Shown in pieces: positions 43,919 through 54,181 of a DNA stretch of 64,000 bases (position 1 is the first letter of the stretch; each line of letters begins with the position of its first letter). Position numbers and translations under genes: made by a program. The notes under the pieces are model-generated. The model did not search any database. It was not told the DNA's origin and saw only the letters and a program-made list of their open reading frames with translations. This DNA is from Patescibacteria group bacterium (lineage in GTDB: Bacteria > Patescibacteriota > Minisyncoccia > UBA9983): positions 11,533-75,532 of the forward strand of contig JAHIOX010000015.1 in the NCBI GenBank assembly GCA_018895015.1. The letters run 5' to 3'.

Positions 43919-45817
43919 TTATCTTATTACCTTGCCCTCTTCATATTTAAAATTCGGGTCGTTTTTCAAAATAATATCAACCTGCTGAAAACTGCGCTTA
44001 AAATCATCCTCAACAAAATTATCGCGCCCTTCCAAAATTCCTTCGCTTACTAAAGTTGGCGACAGCCCTTCTAAATTCGAGCCCGGGGTAAACGCGATCT
44101 TAAAAACAACTTCTTTTGGCGGCATTACAACGCCGGTTCCGGCGTTAATATGCCCGGCGCTCCAAACAATATTTCCGCCCCTTTCTTCATATTTAATTTC
44201 CGCCCCTTCCGGAGAAACAACACCGAGCCAACGCGCGTAAGAAGGCAATGACGCAGTTGCTTTTACGTTTGACAAATCATTAGAAACTCCGCTCAAAGAC
44301 CAAACTACAGTATAAGTGGTTTCTTGGCCAATTCTTGGAGGCATAGGCCCGGAGTTTTTAAACGGCCCTGAATAATAAAGAGCGGTGGAAGTAAAATTGA
44401 TTGGCGAGGCGATTTTAATTTCTTTCAAATCATTGTCAAAAATCTCTATGGCTTGCGATTCTTCCGAGGTTTCCATGCCGGAAATTTTTGACTCCAAAAT
44501 TATAGAAAAATTCTTGTCATTTATGTTTTTTGCCGGCAATAAATCTAGCACCGAAAAATTGCACTGAACTCTCCCTGTGTCGCCCGGGCTGACCAAAGAA
44601 AACTCCGGAACGCCGGATGAATTCCAAACTATCTTTTTATCAAACGCTCTGTAAACACCTCCTCTTGCTGAAATAGAACGCTCATCATAAACGTCTCCCT
44701 TTATTTGAAGCTCAATGGTCGCGTTGCGAACGAAGTTTGGCGTATTATTCACCCATTGCAAATCTAAATTCACCAAATCGCCGGCGCGAGCCGTGTTTCT
44801 CTCTCCGTCTTTGCCGTTTATAAAAAAAGAAAGATTGAAAGGCGACCTTTTTATAATCAGCGATGCTGAGGCGTTGCCAAAAGATATTAAATTTTCGTCT
44901 TCTTTAGCCGCGCCAACCGAAACATTAAACGCTTTTTCTTCCAAATCCTGCCCTTCAATAATTCCTTTTATGATTATCTCTCTTTTTTCCAGCGAATTTA
45001 TGTCTCCGAGCAACCAAACATTATCTCCTTCCGATGGCTTTGGAACAGCGTTGCCAAAATGAAATCCCGACGGATACAAAACATGCAAAAATATATTTTT
45101 CGCGGCTAACTCGGAGTTTGAAACTGCCTCTATTTTTATTTCTATCTCGCGCATGGAATTCGTTTCTTTCGGCGCCAACACAGACACTCCGATTGCCGGC
45201 CGAGATATTTTAACAAGATACTCGTTATTTTTTGTAAAAATCGCGCTTGAACCCGCAAGACGATACTCAAGAACAATATTCACTTTTTTTTCTTCGTTTT
45301 CAAGCCCTAAAAAAACAATGTCTTTAAGTTTGCCAATCCTTTCATTTGACTTAACCTCACCTAAAGAAATTCGCTCTCTCTTGAGCGCGACGCCATCAAT
45401 TGAATAAGCCCCTTCCGGAAATTCTAAAATTAAATCCGCCACTTCTAAATTTGTCTTATTTTTATTTTCAACAAAAACGTTAAAATTTGAAATTTTACCG
45501 CCTTCAATATAGGCCGGGCCTTTTATTTCCAAACTTATGTTTCTTGAAGAAATAATATTGCTTTCGGAAAACCAAAAATAAAGCGCGGCTGCGGAAGCGC
45601 CAATAAACAACAAAATAATTAGTGAAATAAAAATAGTTTTCATCACGCTACCGTCTTTTTTCTCTCCTGACGCGCTTTGCCAATAAGAAGGCATTTGACC
45701 GATATTTTCTCCGTAAATTCTTGTTCTTTTCCGCCGTTCTTCAAAAGTCTCTTCTTTCTTATAAAGACGGTCTTTGAGCTTTTTTAGAACGCCGCTATTT
45801 ATACCCATGTTGTTCAT
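43919..45817 (-). CDS. Membrane-anchored beta-rich (Ig/DUF11-like) hypothetical protein
   Basis: Single N-proximal TM; repeated beta-sandwich-like segments; GP.PP..GQETTY. Confidence 0.6.
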   Translation of the reverse strand: MNNMGINSGVLKKLKDRLYKKEETFEERRKRTRIYGENIGQMPSYWQSASGEKKDGSVMKTIFISLIILLFIGASAAALYFWFSESNIISSRNISLEIKGPAYIEGGKISNFNVFVENKNKTNLEVADLILEFPEGAYSIDGVALKRERISLGEVKSNERIGKLKDIVFLGLENEEKKVNIVLEYRLAGSSAIFTKNNEYLVKISRPAIGVSVLAPKETNSMREIEIKIEAVSNSELAAKNIFLHVLYPSGFHFGNAVPKPSEGDNVWLLGDINSLEKREIIIKGIIEGQDLEEKAFNVSVGAAKEDENLISFGNASASLIIKRSPFNLSFFINGKDGERNTARAGDLVNLDLQWVNNTPNFVRNATIELQIKGDVYDERSISARGGVYRAFDKKIVWNSSGVPEFSLVSPGDTGRVQCNFSVLDLLPAKNINDKNFSIILESKISGMETSEESQAIEIFDNDLKEIKIASPINFTSTALYYSGPFKNSGPMPPRIGQETTYTVVWSLSGVSNDLSNVKATASLPSYARWLGVVSPEGAEIKYEERGGNIVWSAGHINAGTGVVMPPKEVVFKIAFTPGSNLEGLSPTLVSEGILEGRDNFVEDDFKRSFQQVDIILKNDPNFKYEEGKVIR

Positions 45818-46359
45818 TATAGCATACTTTCTTTAATTGCTCTGTTAATTGACGGGATAAGCAGACTTTTCGAAGATGGAATATCCGGCATATAGCCCAG
45901 GTTGTTTAAAATTCTTGCCATAGCCGCGGTTTCCAAATCATGCAGATTTTTATTCCGGCTATCTCCGCCGCTCAAGTTTAAAAATAAATTCTTGATTTCC
46001 TCCCAAATAAAATTATTTTTCTCCTCTCCTTTTATCATGCGGACCAAGAATTTTGCGATTCTGGCAAAAGTTTTCAGCTTATCGGAATCAACAGCGAGCA
46101 TGGCCGAGCTTTTATTTTCCTGCGCGTCAATCACGCGCCAAACCAGCCCGCCGTCGGATTTTCCCGCGATTAAAGAAAAATTGGCGCAAGAAAATAAATC
46201 TAAATTGCAGCGCAGTTTTGATTTCGCGTAACGCACGCCCTGCGCAATCGCGTTGATCATCCCGAATTTTTCCGTAAAAATATAATAAAATCGATTCGCC
46301 TCCCCAAAATCGCTCTTTCCCAAAATTATTCCCTCTGTCTGGTAAATAATATGCGGCAT
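45817..46359 (-). CDS. recO: DNA repair protein RecO (short)
   Basis: TEGIIL...DFGEANR...FTEKFG.I.A.A.GVR..KSKL. Confidence 0.88.
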   Translation of the reverse strand: MPHIIYQTEGIILGKSDFGEANRFYYIFTEKFGMINAIAQGVRYAKSKLRCNLDLFSCANFSLIAGKSDGGLVWRVIDAQENKSSAMLAVDSDKLKTFARIAKFLVRMIKGEEKNNFIWEEIKNLFLNLSGGDSRNKNLHDLETAAMARILNNLGYMPDIPSSKSLLIPSINRAIKESML

Positions 46360-46376
46360 ACATTATAATTTAAAAA

Positions 46377-46802
46377 TCAAATATCAAAATTATTAATTTT
46401 AGAAATATCGCCGTTAATAATAATCGGCCTTACTGCCTCAATTTCAGTTTTGCAATACGGCATATCCGGAATTTGATTCCACAAAAATATCTTCTGGTTC
46501 AACACGTGCGCAAAGCCAATTTCCATTAAAGTATTCCCACCAATATAATTCTTGGTGCCGTTCTTATCAAAATTCAAGACGAGAACGGCGTCAGCGCCTT
46601 GCATAGCTCTCCAAAATTCACGAATCGCGTCCATATTATATTTCTGATGAAGTTTTATTTTTTCAATTTCTTCATTATTTTTGCCAATCATAGCCTTGTG
46701 CAAATCCGTAACAAAAGCGTCATGCCCAAATTCGCGTAGCTTGTCACGAACCTCAAGCATTTTATCGGTAAATTGCATAGAACCGATTATTCCTATTTTC
46801 AT
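46377..46802 (-). CDS. Nucleoside 2-deoxyribosyltransferase-like protein
   Basis: I.I.GSM, ADA.LV.N, YIG.NT.ME.G.A....KI. Confidence 0.55.
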   Translation of the reverse strand: MKIGIIGSMQFTDKMLEVRDKLREFGHDAFVTDLHKAMIGKNNEEIEKIKLHQKYNMDAIREFWRAMQGADAVLVLNFDKNGTKNYIGGNTLMEIGFAHVLNQKIFLWNQIPDMPYCKTEIEAVRPIIINGDISKINNFDI

Positions 46803-46825
46803 ATTTTTAATTAAAATTTTATTTG

Positions 46826-47083
46826 CTAATTCTTATAAATTTCCTTTCTGTGGCCAACTTTTAAAATAAGTAAAATATTCTTTTTGACATCAAAAAGAAT
46901 TCTGTAATCGCCTATCCGGAAACGATACTCTCCAAATCTTTGGTCCTTAAGTTTTTCGGCAAACGTCAAAGGATTTTCCTGAAGCGAGTAAAATTGAAGT
47001 TTTTTTAAAATTCTTTCGCGAATTTGAGGAGACAATTTTTCAATCTCCCTTGCCGCTTTTCTTTTAAATTCAAAATTAAACAC
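46826..47083 (-). CDS. RelE/ParE-family toxin
   Basis: A.REIEKL....R.RI, YRFRIGDYRILF, VGHRKEIY. Confidence 0.88.
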   Translation of the reverse strand: MFNFEFKRKAAREIEKLSPQIRERILKKLQFYSLQENPLTFAEKLKDQRFGEYRFRIGDYRILFDVKKNILLILKVGHRKEIYKN

Positions 47084-47086
47084 AAA

Positions 47087-47293
47087 TTAAATGCGGTATT
47101 TTTTAAGAATATTTTTTAAGGGAATTGTTCCTTTTTCTTTGCGTCTCTTTTGTATCTCTTTTGCCAGAGCTTCTGAACGGTACATTTCTAAATTTTCCAA
47201 TTCTTCCTCAATTTTTTGCCATTTTTTCAGCGGCAAAATCACAACCCCTTCTTTTCCTCGTATAACGGATTTTGGCAAAACTATTGTATTCAT
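47087..47293 (-). CDS. Putative cognate antitoxin
   Basis: Small gene upstream of the toxin; VVILPL..W..IEEELE.LE; own promoter TTGACT-16-TAGAAT. Confidence 0.7.
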   Translation of the reverse strand: MNTIVLPKSVIRGKEGVVILPLKKWQKIEEELENLEMYRSEALAKEIQKRRKEKGTIPLKNILKKYRI

Positions 47294-47395
47294 ATATTGT
47301 TATTCTAAAATTTACTCAAAAAAAGTCAATCCAACAAAATTATCCCCTCTGTTTGATAAATCCTACGCGCCATGTGCGCCACTAAGTGGCTAACA

Positions 47396-47968
47396 CTAAC
47401 TGCTCATTTCCAAAATTTTTTCCAAAGCAACCGGCAATTCAATAACACCATCACTGGCATTAAAATGGCCCTTATTGCGTTCAACTATAATTCCGGCTCC
47501 AAGTTCTTTTTTAAAAATCTCATTATCGTTTAATGGCACCACTGGGTCGTTATCGGAAAAAATAGCGGCAATTTTTTTAGAACTATTTTTAATTTTTTCT
47601 AGATTTATCGGCGTTTCCACCCATGGCCTTGCGATTTTTTCTTCCTCTTCGGACTCCAAATTCGCCAGATTAAACCATCCAGCGACAAACACAATTCCGC
47701 CAACCTTTATGCCATCAAATCTTTCCATATACCTCATTATTGCCTGACGCCCGATGCTATGCCCGACAAAATATGTATTCTCGTCAGACTCGCCGACAAG
47801 GTTCGCGAGAAACGACACCCATTCTTCAATCTTCGGCTCTTCCGTATTCGGCATCGCAGGCGCAAAAACTTCAAAACCTTTTTGCTCCAATTCTTTTTTC
47901 AGCCAAGGAAACCAGTCGTCTTCGGGACTGCCTCCCCACCCATGAATTATAAAAACCCGCTTTTTCAT
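47396..47968 (-). CDS. RBBP9/YdeN-family alpha/beta hydrolase
   Basis: IIHGW.G, WFPW, VGHSIG, S.NDP.V, GHF. Confidence 0.88.
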   Translation of the reverse strand: MKKRVFIIHGWGGSPEDDWFPWLKKELEQKGFEVFAPAMPNTEEPKIEEWVSFLANLVGESDENTYFVGHSIGRQAIMRYMERFDGIKVGGIVFVAGWFNLANLESEEEEKIARPWVETPINLEKIKNSSKKIAAIFSDNDPVVPLNDNEIFKKELGAGIIVERNKGHFNASDGVIELPVALEKILEMSS

Positions 47969-47970
47969 AA

Positions 47971-48294
47971 TTATTCCGCTTGTTCTAAAAATATTTTTTT
48001 CTCAAATCCGCCGCGCTTTTGCTTTCTTTCTTCTTTCATTTTTAAAATTTCGTCTTTGCTTAAACCGAAAGCTTTTTCTATGGCTTCAATCACCTCAAAG
48101 ATATCGCCGATTTCTTTCATCAATTCATGGCTATTTTCTGCCAAAACAGCTTCTTGGGATTCTTCTAAGAGCTTATTTTTCAGTTCTTTTTTATATTCTT
48201 CATCATCAAGTATACGAGTTATAGGCTTTTCACCATCATTTTCAATAATTTCGGGAATTTTATCTCTCACTAATTTATTATAAATTTTCACCAT
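47971..48294 (-). CDS. MazG-like nucleoside triphosphate pyrophosphohydrolase
   Basis: YNKLVRDKIPEII, KL.EE, E..D..EV, KRGGF. Confidence 0.85.
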   Translation of the reverse strand: MVKIYNKLVRDKIPEIIENDGEKPITRILDDEEYKKELKNKLLEESQEAVLAENSHELMKEIGDIFEVIEAIEKAFGLSKDEILKMKEERKQKRGGFEKKIFLEQAE

Positions 48295-48298
48295 AAAT

Positions 48299-51193
48299 TT
48301 ATTGGATAATTTTAATGATAAATTTTAATTCTTCTATTTTTATTTCTTCGCCATCGTTTTCTGAAAATTCTATTAAGGCAGTATTTGTGCCTTTTTTGAT
48401 TTCACTTTCAAATTTTTTGATTAATTTTTCGCCGTTATAATCTGTCTCAACAACTAAATCTATTTCTTGTCCAGGCATTAACCCTGCCTTTTTGCGCAAA
48501 TCCTGAATATTACGGACTAATTCCCGCATCATGCCTTCGTCTTTAAGTTCAGAAGTAACAATAATATCCAACTTTACGGACGGATCATCTTGAGCCATAG
48601 TAGCATCAAGCATAACCTCCTTTACATTCACTTCGGCTGCGAGAATATCTTTTACTTCACTCCAATACTGCACTTTTTCTCCATTATGCTTAATAGATAA
48701 TCTTTGTAACGGTTGACGTACTTTTATATTATGTTTAGCTCGTTCCATAAGCGCTATAGACGCGAATGACCTGACAAAACTCATAGCAGTTAGTAAATCA
48801 ACATCTACCGAACCAGACTCGGGCCATTCTTCCAAATGTACTGATTCTTTCTCTCTACCCAATTCTTGATAAATTTCTTCTGCCGCAAAAGGCGCGAATG
48901 GCGCGAGCAATTTTGAAAATTCTACCAACACAAAACACGTTGTGCTGACTACGTTATTTTTATCTTCGCCTTCTTCTTTGAATCTGCTTCTCGAACGCCT
49001 GATATACCAAGTGGACAAATCATCAACAAAATCTCCGAGCGGCCGCGCAGCTTTATCTAGTTCGTAGTTTTCCATCGCTTCGGTAATTTCTTGCGTTAAT
49101 TGGTTCAACCGCGCCAAAATCCATTTGTCTAAAATATTTTTAACACTTGGAAATCCAGTTTCCAAGTGTGCGGAAACTGGATTTCCAAGTGTGTACATTT
49201 TATAAAACGCCAAAACATTTTTGAGTCGCATAATTATTTTTTTGTTGACTTCATCCACGCCTTTTTCCGAAAAATTCAAACTCTCGGCGCGCACGGCTGG
49301 CGAAGAAAGAAGGTAAAAACGCAGCGCGTCAGCGCCATATTTTTCAACAATATCCATCGGGTCTGGATAATTTTTAAGGCGCTTTGACATTTTTTGTCCA
49401 TCTTCAGCCAAAATAATTCCGTTGGCAACAACATTTTTATACGCTGGCTTATCAAAAAGAGCCGTGGAAAGAACAAGCAAAGTATAAAACCATCCTCTGG
49501 TCTGGTCCACGCCCTCGGCAATAAACTCCGCCGGAAATGTTTTTTCAAATTCCTCTTTATTTTCAAACGGATAATGCTTTTGAGCGTAAGGCATTGAACC
49601 GGATTCAAACCAGCAATCAAAAACCTCGGGCACGCGCTTCATTTTTTCACCACAATCACATTGAAATTCAATTTTATCAATATGCGGCCTATGCAAATCT
49701 ATTTTGCCAACTTCTTCTGCCGAACCAATGACTTTTATTTCTCCGCATTTTTCGCATCTCCAAACGGGCAAAGGCGCGCCCCAGTAGCGTGAGCGGGAAA
49801 TCGCCCAGTCGCGCGCGCCCTCAAGCCATTTTCCAAAACGGCCGTCGCGCAAATTCGCCGGAATCCAGTTTATTTTTTTGTTGTTTTCCAAAAGCTGGCC
49901 TTTTATTTTTTCAACATTCACGAACCACGAACTCGCCGCGTAATTCAAAAGCGGAGTTTCGCACCGCCAGCAAAAAGGATACGAGTGCGAAATTGATTCC
50001 TGATTAAAAACTTTATCGCCCAAAAATTCAATAATTTTTTCATCGGTCTCTCTTGGATTGCCCTTCGGCTTAACTTGCAAGCCGGCGAAGCCTTCAACTT
50101 CCGGCTTAAACTTCCCGTCCATTCCGACATGCTGAATAAATGGCAATTTTTCTTTTTTACCCAATTCCATATCGTTCTCACCGAACGCCGGCGCGATATG
50201 GACAATTCCCGTTCCATCTTCAGTATTCACAAAATCCGCAGAATAAATTCTCCAACCGTTATTACTATTTTCTAATTTTTTATCTTTAGAATAATAATTA
50301 AATAACGGCTTGTATTTTTTCCCGATCAAGTCTTTTCCTTTTAATTCTTGGATAATTTTATATTCTTTGTCTTTTAGAATGTCATCAATTCTATCTTTTG
50401 CCAAAATAAAATACTCATTATTTTTGAGATTTGATTTTTGAGATTTGATTTTGCAATAAATCACTTTGTGATTTATTGCCAACGCGACATTTCCGGGCAA
50501 TGTCCACGGAGTCGTGGTCCATGCTAAAACATAAGTATCCGGCTCGTCTTCCAATTCAAATTTAACAGTAACGGCAATATCTTTAATCTCTTTATAATTT
50601 TGCGTTACTTCAAAATTTGAAAGAGTGGTTTCGCATCGCGGGCAGACGTGCATTGATTTATGCCCTTCATAAATTAATCCTTTGTCATAAAGCGTCTTAA
50701 AAACCCGCCAGACCGATTCAGTGTAATTTCTGTCCATTGTCTTATAATCATTTTCCATATCCACCCATCTGCCGATACGCGGAATTATTTTTTTCCATTC
50801 GTCAGCGTATTCCAAAACGCTTTCCTCAGCCTTTTTATTAAATTTTTCAATGCCATATTCTTCAATGTCTTTTTTGCTTTTCAAACGCAAATCTTTTTCT
50901 ACGAGATTTTCAATCGGCAAACCATGACAATCCCAACCCCACCTGCGCGGAACATTTTTCCCTCTCATTGTCTGATAACGCGGAATCGCGTCTTTTATTA
51001 TGCTCGCCAAAATGTGGCCGTAGTGAGGAAGGCCTGTGGCAAACGGCGGCCCGTCATAAAAAGAAAAAACAGGCTTGTTTTTGCCCTGCTCAAGCGTCTT
51101 TTCAAAAATTTTATTCTCTTCCCAAAATTTAAGTATTTCTTCCTCTTTTTTAGCGATTTCAGATTTATTTGTTTTATTTTCTTTGTTTTTCAT
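48299..51193 (-). CDS. ileS: Isoleucyl-tRNA synthetase (type 2)
   Basis: YDGPPFATGLPHYGH, GWDCHGLP, WTTTPWT, DW.ISR.RYWG, DQTRGWFY, KMSKR. Confidence 0.97.
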   Translation of the reverse strand: MKNKENKTNKSEIAKKEEEILKFWEENKIFEKTLEQGKNKPVFSFYDGPPFATGLPHYGHILASIIKDAIPRYQTMRGKNVPRRWGWDCHGLPIENLVEKDLRLKSKKDIEEYGIEKFNKKAEESVLEYADEWKKIIPRIGRWVDMENDYKTMDRNYTESVWRVFKTLYDKGLIYEGHKSMHVCPRCETTLSNFEVTQNYKEIKDIAVTVKFELEDEPDTYVLAWTTTPWTLPGNVALAINHKVIYCKIKSQKSNLKNNEYFILAKDRIDDILKDKEYKIIQELKGKDLIGKKYKPLFNYYSKDKKLENSNNGWRIYSADFVNTEDGTGIVHIAPAFGENDMELGKKEKLPFIQHVGMDGKFKPEVEGFAGLQVKPKGNPRETDEKIIEFLGDKVFNQESISHSYPFCWRCETPLLNYAASSWFVNVEKIKGQLLENNKKINWIPANLRDGRFGKWLEGARDWAISRSRYWGAPLPVWRCEKCGEIKVIGSAEEVGKIDLHRPHIDKIEFQCDCGEKMKRVPEVFDCWFESGSMPYAQKHYPFENKEEFEKTFPAEFIAEGVDQTRGWFYTLLVLSTALFDKPAYKNVVANGIILAEDGQKMSKRLKNYPDPMDIVEKYGADALRFYLLSSPAVRAESLNFSEKGVDEVNKKIIMRLKNVLAFYKMYTLGNPVSAHLETGFPSVKNILDKWILARLNQLTQEITEAMENYELDKAARPLGDFVDDLSTWYIRRSRSRFKEEGEDKNNVVSTTCFVLVEFSKLLAPFAPFAAEEIYQELGREKESVHLEEWPESGSVDVDLLTAMSFVRSFASIALMERAKHNIKVRQPLQRLSIKHNGEKVQYWSEVKDILAAEVNVKEVMLDATMAQDDPSVKLDIIVTSELKDEGMMRELVRNIQDLRKKAGLMPGQEIDLVVETDYNGEKLIKKFESEIKKGTNTALIEFSENDGEEIKIEELKFIIKIIQ
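49143..49192. repeat. Family A palindrome, copy in ileS
   Basis: ACACTTGGAAATCCAGTTTCC-N8-GGAAACTGGATTTCCAAGTGT. Confidence 0.93.
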
Positions 51194-51285
51194 TGTTTAA
51201 TAAAACCCCTCCTTGCCTCCCCTTGTCAGGGGAGGAATTTATTTTGCTCCCTCCCTGACAAGGGAGGGTCGGGGTGGGTTTAATA
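51186..51285. repeat. 100-bp direct repeat copy 1 (REP-like hairpin doublet), includes the ileS start codon
   Basis: Matches 52314-52412 except for one G indel. Confidence 0.95.
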
Positions 51286-51332
51286 CGATCACTATAAATA
51301 AAAGTTTAATAGATTCCGCACTTAAATACAAT

Positions 51333-51369
51333 AAAGAAAAAGAAAAAATCCCACAAGGGATTCTTTTTT
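51333..51369. terminator. Hairpin terminator downstream of the 51389 gene
   Basis: AATCCC-ACAA-GGGATT flanked by A and T runs. Confidence 0.6.
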
Positions 51370-51388
51370 GTAAACAGCTATTTATAAA

Positions 51389-51847
51389 TTATTTTTTGGC
51401 TTTTATTTCTTCGTATTTCTCAGCGACAGCTTGCTTTATCTCCTGCAGATGTTGCAGTCGAACGCCATAACTGCATTTATCGCAAGTAACCGTACTCCTG
51501 CTATCCGAATGGCAAAAGCAACTGATTTCCCCACCAAATACTTCTTGGATAAAAGTCACGCATCTTTGAAAGTTCTGCGGATCATTCTGCAATAATTTAA
51601 ACGCTTCTTCAATCGCTTGTTTTTCCAACCCGAATTTAACCTCCAAAAACATCGACTGCAATCTGCGCTCATACGAAGGCAAGCCCTGCTCTCTTTTATA
51701 TGACCCCTCTAAGCCTTCATCAAAACTCCGCGAGCTCGAAACAATCTTGCTATGCAAAGTCCCACTATTTACCATTTCCGCCAGCACGCCAAGGTTTGCC
51801 AAACAAAACCAATACTTTCTTTCTTTCAACCATTCTCTCGCGTCCAT
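51389..51847 (-). CDS. Hypothetical protein (C-x-C...C-x2-C near C-terminus)
   Basis: 152-aa ORF; AGGAGG 6 nt upstream. Confidence 0.65.
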   Translation of the reverse strand: MDAREWLKERKYWFCLANLGVLAEMVNSGTLHSKIVSSSRSFDEGLEGSYKREQGLPSYERRLQSMFLEVKFGLEKQAIEEAFKLLQNDPQNFQRCVTFIQEVFGGEISCFCHSDSRSTVTCDKCSYGVRLQHLQEIKQAVAEKYEEIKAKK

Positions 51848-51919
51848 ATTCCGCCTCCTGTTCGCATTTTTTCTATCCGCATACTATCACACTACACTTA
51901 CAAAAATCAAGATAATTTA

Positions 51920-52321
51920 TTAATTTTGCAATACATCATGCTTTTGACGGTACGGTTTTATTTTCTTAATCTTCTCTTTTAAGTCTTGATAAACTTCTTC
52001 TATATTAAACATTACGTCATTATTTGTGTAACGGACTACTTTAATACCATACGCTTTTAATTTTTCAGACCTTAATACGTCATATTCTTGCCGTATTACG
52101 TGAGAATCTCCATCAATTTCAATAGCCAACATCAATTCCGAACAATAAAAATCTACAATAAAATTATCTAATGGCTTTTGACGAATAAATTTATAATTCT
52201 CAAATTGCCTACTTTTTAATACTCTAAACCATATTTTCTTTTCCGCGTGTGTTGGATTTTTTCTATTTTCCCTTGCTACTTCTATGAGTTTTTGATTGTA
52301 TGGAATATAAAGTTTTTTCAT
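51920..52321 (-). CDS. DUF559 (Vsr-like PD-(D/E)xK) endonuclease
   Basis: AR..RKN.T.AE...W, KF.RQ, IVDFYC..L.LAIEIDG.SH, D..R...L...G..V.R.TN. Confidence 0.9.
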   Translation of the reverse strand: MKKLYIPYNQKLIEVARENRKNPTHAEKKIWFRVLKSRQFENYKFIRQKPLDNFIVDFYCSELMLAIEIDGDSHVIRQEYDVLRSEKLKAYGIKVVRYTNNDVMFNIEEVYQDLKEKIKKIKPYRQKHDVLQN

Positions 52322-52412
52322 TGTTTAATAAAACCCCTCCTTGCCTCCCCTTGTCAGGGGAGGAATTTATTTTGCTCCCTCCCTGACAAGGAGGGTCGGG
52401 GTGGGTTTAATA
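52314..52412. repeat. 99-bp direct repeat copy 2, spanning the argS-DUF559 gap and the DUF559 start codon
   Basis: See 51186-51285. Confidence 0.95.
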
Positions 52413-52414
52413 GT

Positions 52415-54124
52415 TTATATCCTTTCCAAAGTTTTAATTCCCAGCAAGCCCAAGCCGGTTTTGAGAGTAGCTGCGATTGCCTGCGCCAAAGCTAAGCGGG
52501 CTTCTCTCTCGCCCTTCGACGCGGCAAGCACTTTTTCTTTTTGGTAAAATAAATTCGCCTCTTGCGCCAACTTGTACAAATACTCCGCCAAATAATGCGG
52601 AAGATAATTTTTTGTAACTAAATCCAAAACATCCGGAAATTCCGAGAGCAGCAAAATAATTCTAGTTTCAATTTCGCTGTTTAAAAATTTCTGGTCAAAC
52701 CTAGCAACCGGTTTCGCTTTGCGCAAAATGCTTTTTAATCGCGCGTAAGCGTACTGTAAATACGGCGCGGAATTGCCTTCAAGGTTCAGCATTTTCTCCC
52801 ACTTAAAAGCGATGTCTGACATCCGATTTTGCGAAAGATCATTATATTTAAGCGCGCCTATGCCGATTGTCTCGGCGATTTTTTGCTTTTCCTTTGATTC
52901 CAAATCCGGCTGTTTTTTCTCTGCCACATTTCTCGCGCGAGACACGGCTTCATCCATCACCTCTTGCAAAGAAATATGCCGGCCGGCCCTGGTGGAAAGT
53001 TTTTTCAAGCCCTCAGACAAAACTAAACCAAATTTGGCATGAAATAATTTTTCTTTTTTTGCCAAGCCCAGTCTTTCCGCGGATTTGAATAACTGCTCAA
53101 AATGAAGCGACTGGCCATTGTCCACCACGTACAGAACCATGTCCGGCTTGAACTTTTTCATCCTGTATTTTATTGCCGCCAGGTCGGTTGTGGAATATAA
53201 ATACGCTTCATCTGATTTGCGAATTATAAACGGCGGCTGATTATTATCCATTGGAATAACTGCGGCGCTATCACTTATTCTCGCGGCGCCATTTTTTAAA
53301 GCGTCGGTTACAATCCCTTCCAGCATAGGTTTGTAAAAACTCTCGCCCAAATAATAATCAAATTTTATATCCAGCCGTTTGTAAACTTTTTTAAATTCGT
53401 CCAGGCTTATTTTGTAAAACCTTTTCCAGATTTTTATATTTTCCTTGTCTCCGCGCTGAAGCTTTTTGGTTTCTTCACGCGCTTTATCTTCCAGCTCTGA
53501 ATTATTTTTCATGCGCGCGGTATAATCCACGTACAAATTCATTAAATCCTCTATTTTTAAGTCTTTTTTATTTTTCAAATCAGACTGCTTAAACGCGGCA
53601 ATTAAAATTCCAAACTGCTTGCCCCAGTCCCCCAAATGATTATCGCCGATTGTTCTCCATCCTCTAAATTTAAAAATATTGCAAAGTGCCTGACCGATTA
53701 TCGTGGAACGCAAATGCGCCACGCTCATTGGCTTGGCGATGTTCGGATGGGAATAATCTATCACGATTGTTTTTCTCTCTTTTATTTTGAACTTACCCCA
53801 TTTATCTTTGTTTTTAAAAATTTCAACAAAATCTTTTTGAATACTTTCTGGCTTCAGCCAGAAATTCAAATAGCCAGCTCCGGCAGTTTCAATTTTGTCC
53901 GTTATTTCTTTAACAGCTTTCAATTTTAACAATTCATCTTTAAATTTTTCCGCGAATTCATTCGGAGGCGTTTTTCGCGCTTCAACTGAAGAAGTCCTAA
54001 TCGTCATTAAATTTGCCGAGTAATGCCCGAACTTTTCTTCGGGTACAATATTAAACATGGCTTTGCCCAAACCAAGCTTTTGCGCGACTTTTTCCATATT
54101 CTTACGCAATATCTCCTTGTTCAT
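52415..54124 (-). CDS. argS: Arginyl-tRNA synthetase
   Basis: DYSHPNIAKP..V.HLRST, NHLGDWG.QFG, YSTTDLAA, GNSAPYLQY.YAR. Confidence 0.96.
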   Translation of the reverse strand: MNKEILRKNMEKVAQKLGLGKAMFNIVPEEKFGHYSANLMTIRTSSVEARKTPPNEFAEKFKDELLKLKAVKEITDKIETAGAGYLNFWLKPESIQKDFVEIFKNKDKWGKFKIKERKTIVIDYSHPNIAKPMSVAHLRSTIIGQALCNIFKFRGWRTIGDNHLGDWGKQFGILIAAFKQSDLKNKKDLKIEDLMNLYVDYTARMKNNSELEDKAREETKKLQRGDKENIKIWKRFYKISLDEFKKVYKRLDIKFDYYLGESFYKPMLEGIVTDALKNGAARISDSAAVIPMDNNQPPFIIRKSDEAYLYSTTDLAAIKYRMKKFKPDMVLYVVDNGQSLHFEQLFKSAERLGLAKKEKLFHAKFGLVLSEGLKKLSTRAGRHISLQEVMDEAVSRARNVAEKKQPDLESKEKQKIAETIGIGALKYNDLSQNRMSDIAFKWEKMLNLEGNSAPYLQYAYARLKSILRKAKPVARFDQKFLNSEIETRIILLLSEFPDVLDLVTKNYLPHYLAEYLYKLAQEANLFYQKEKVLAASKGEREARLALAQAIAATLKTGLGLLGIKTLERI

Positions 54125-54181
54125 TAAACTTAATATATCACAAAAAATCTGCCGCGTCATTCACAAAATAACAACAAGGCC

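Noticed and set aside
46377-48294. TA + NDT-like + hydrolase + MazG-like genes as a defence island or prophage
   Set aside because: There is no integrase, att site or phage gene; these families are common scattered accessory genes and linkage cannot be supported from the sequence alone.
51206-51215. AAGGAGG upstream of ileS and DUF559 as an SD site
   Set aside because: It lies 14 nt from the ATG and is part of the REP-like repeat.
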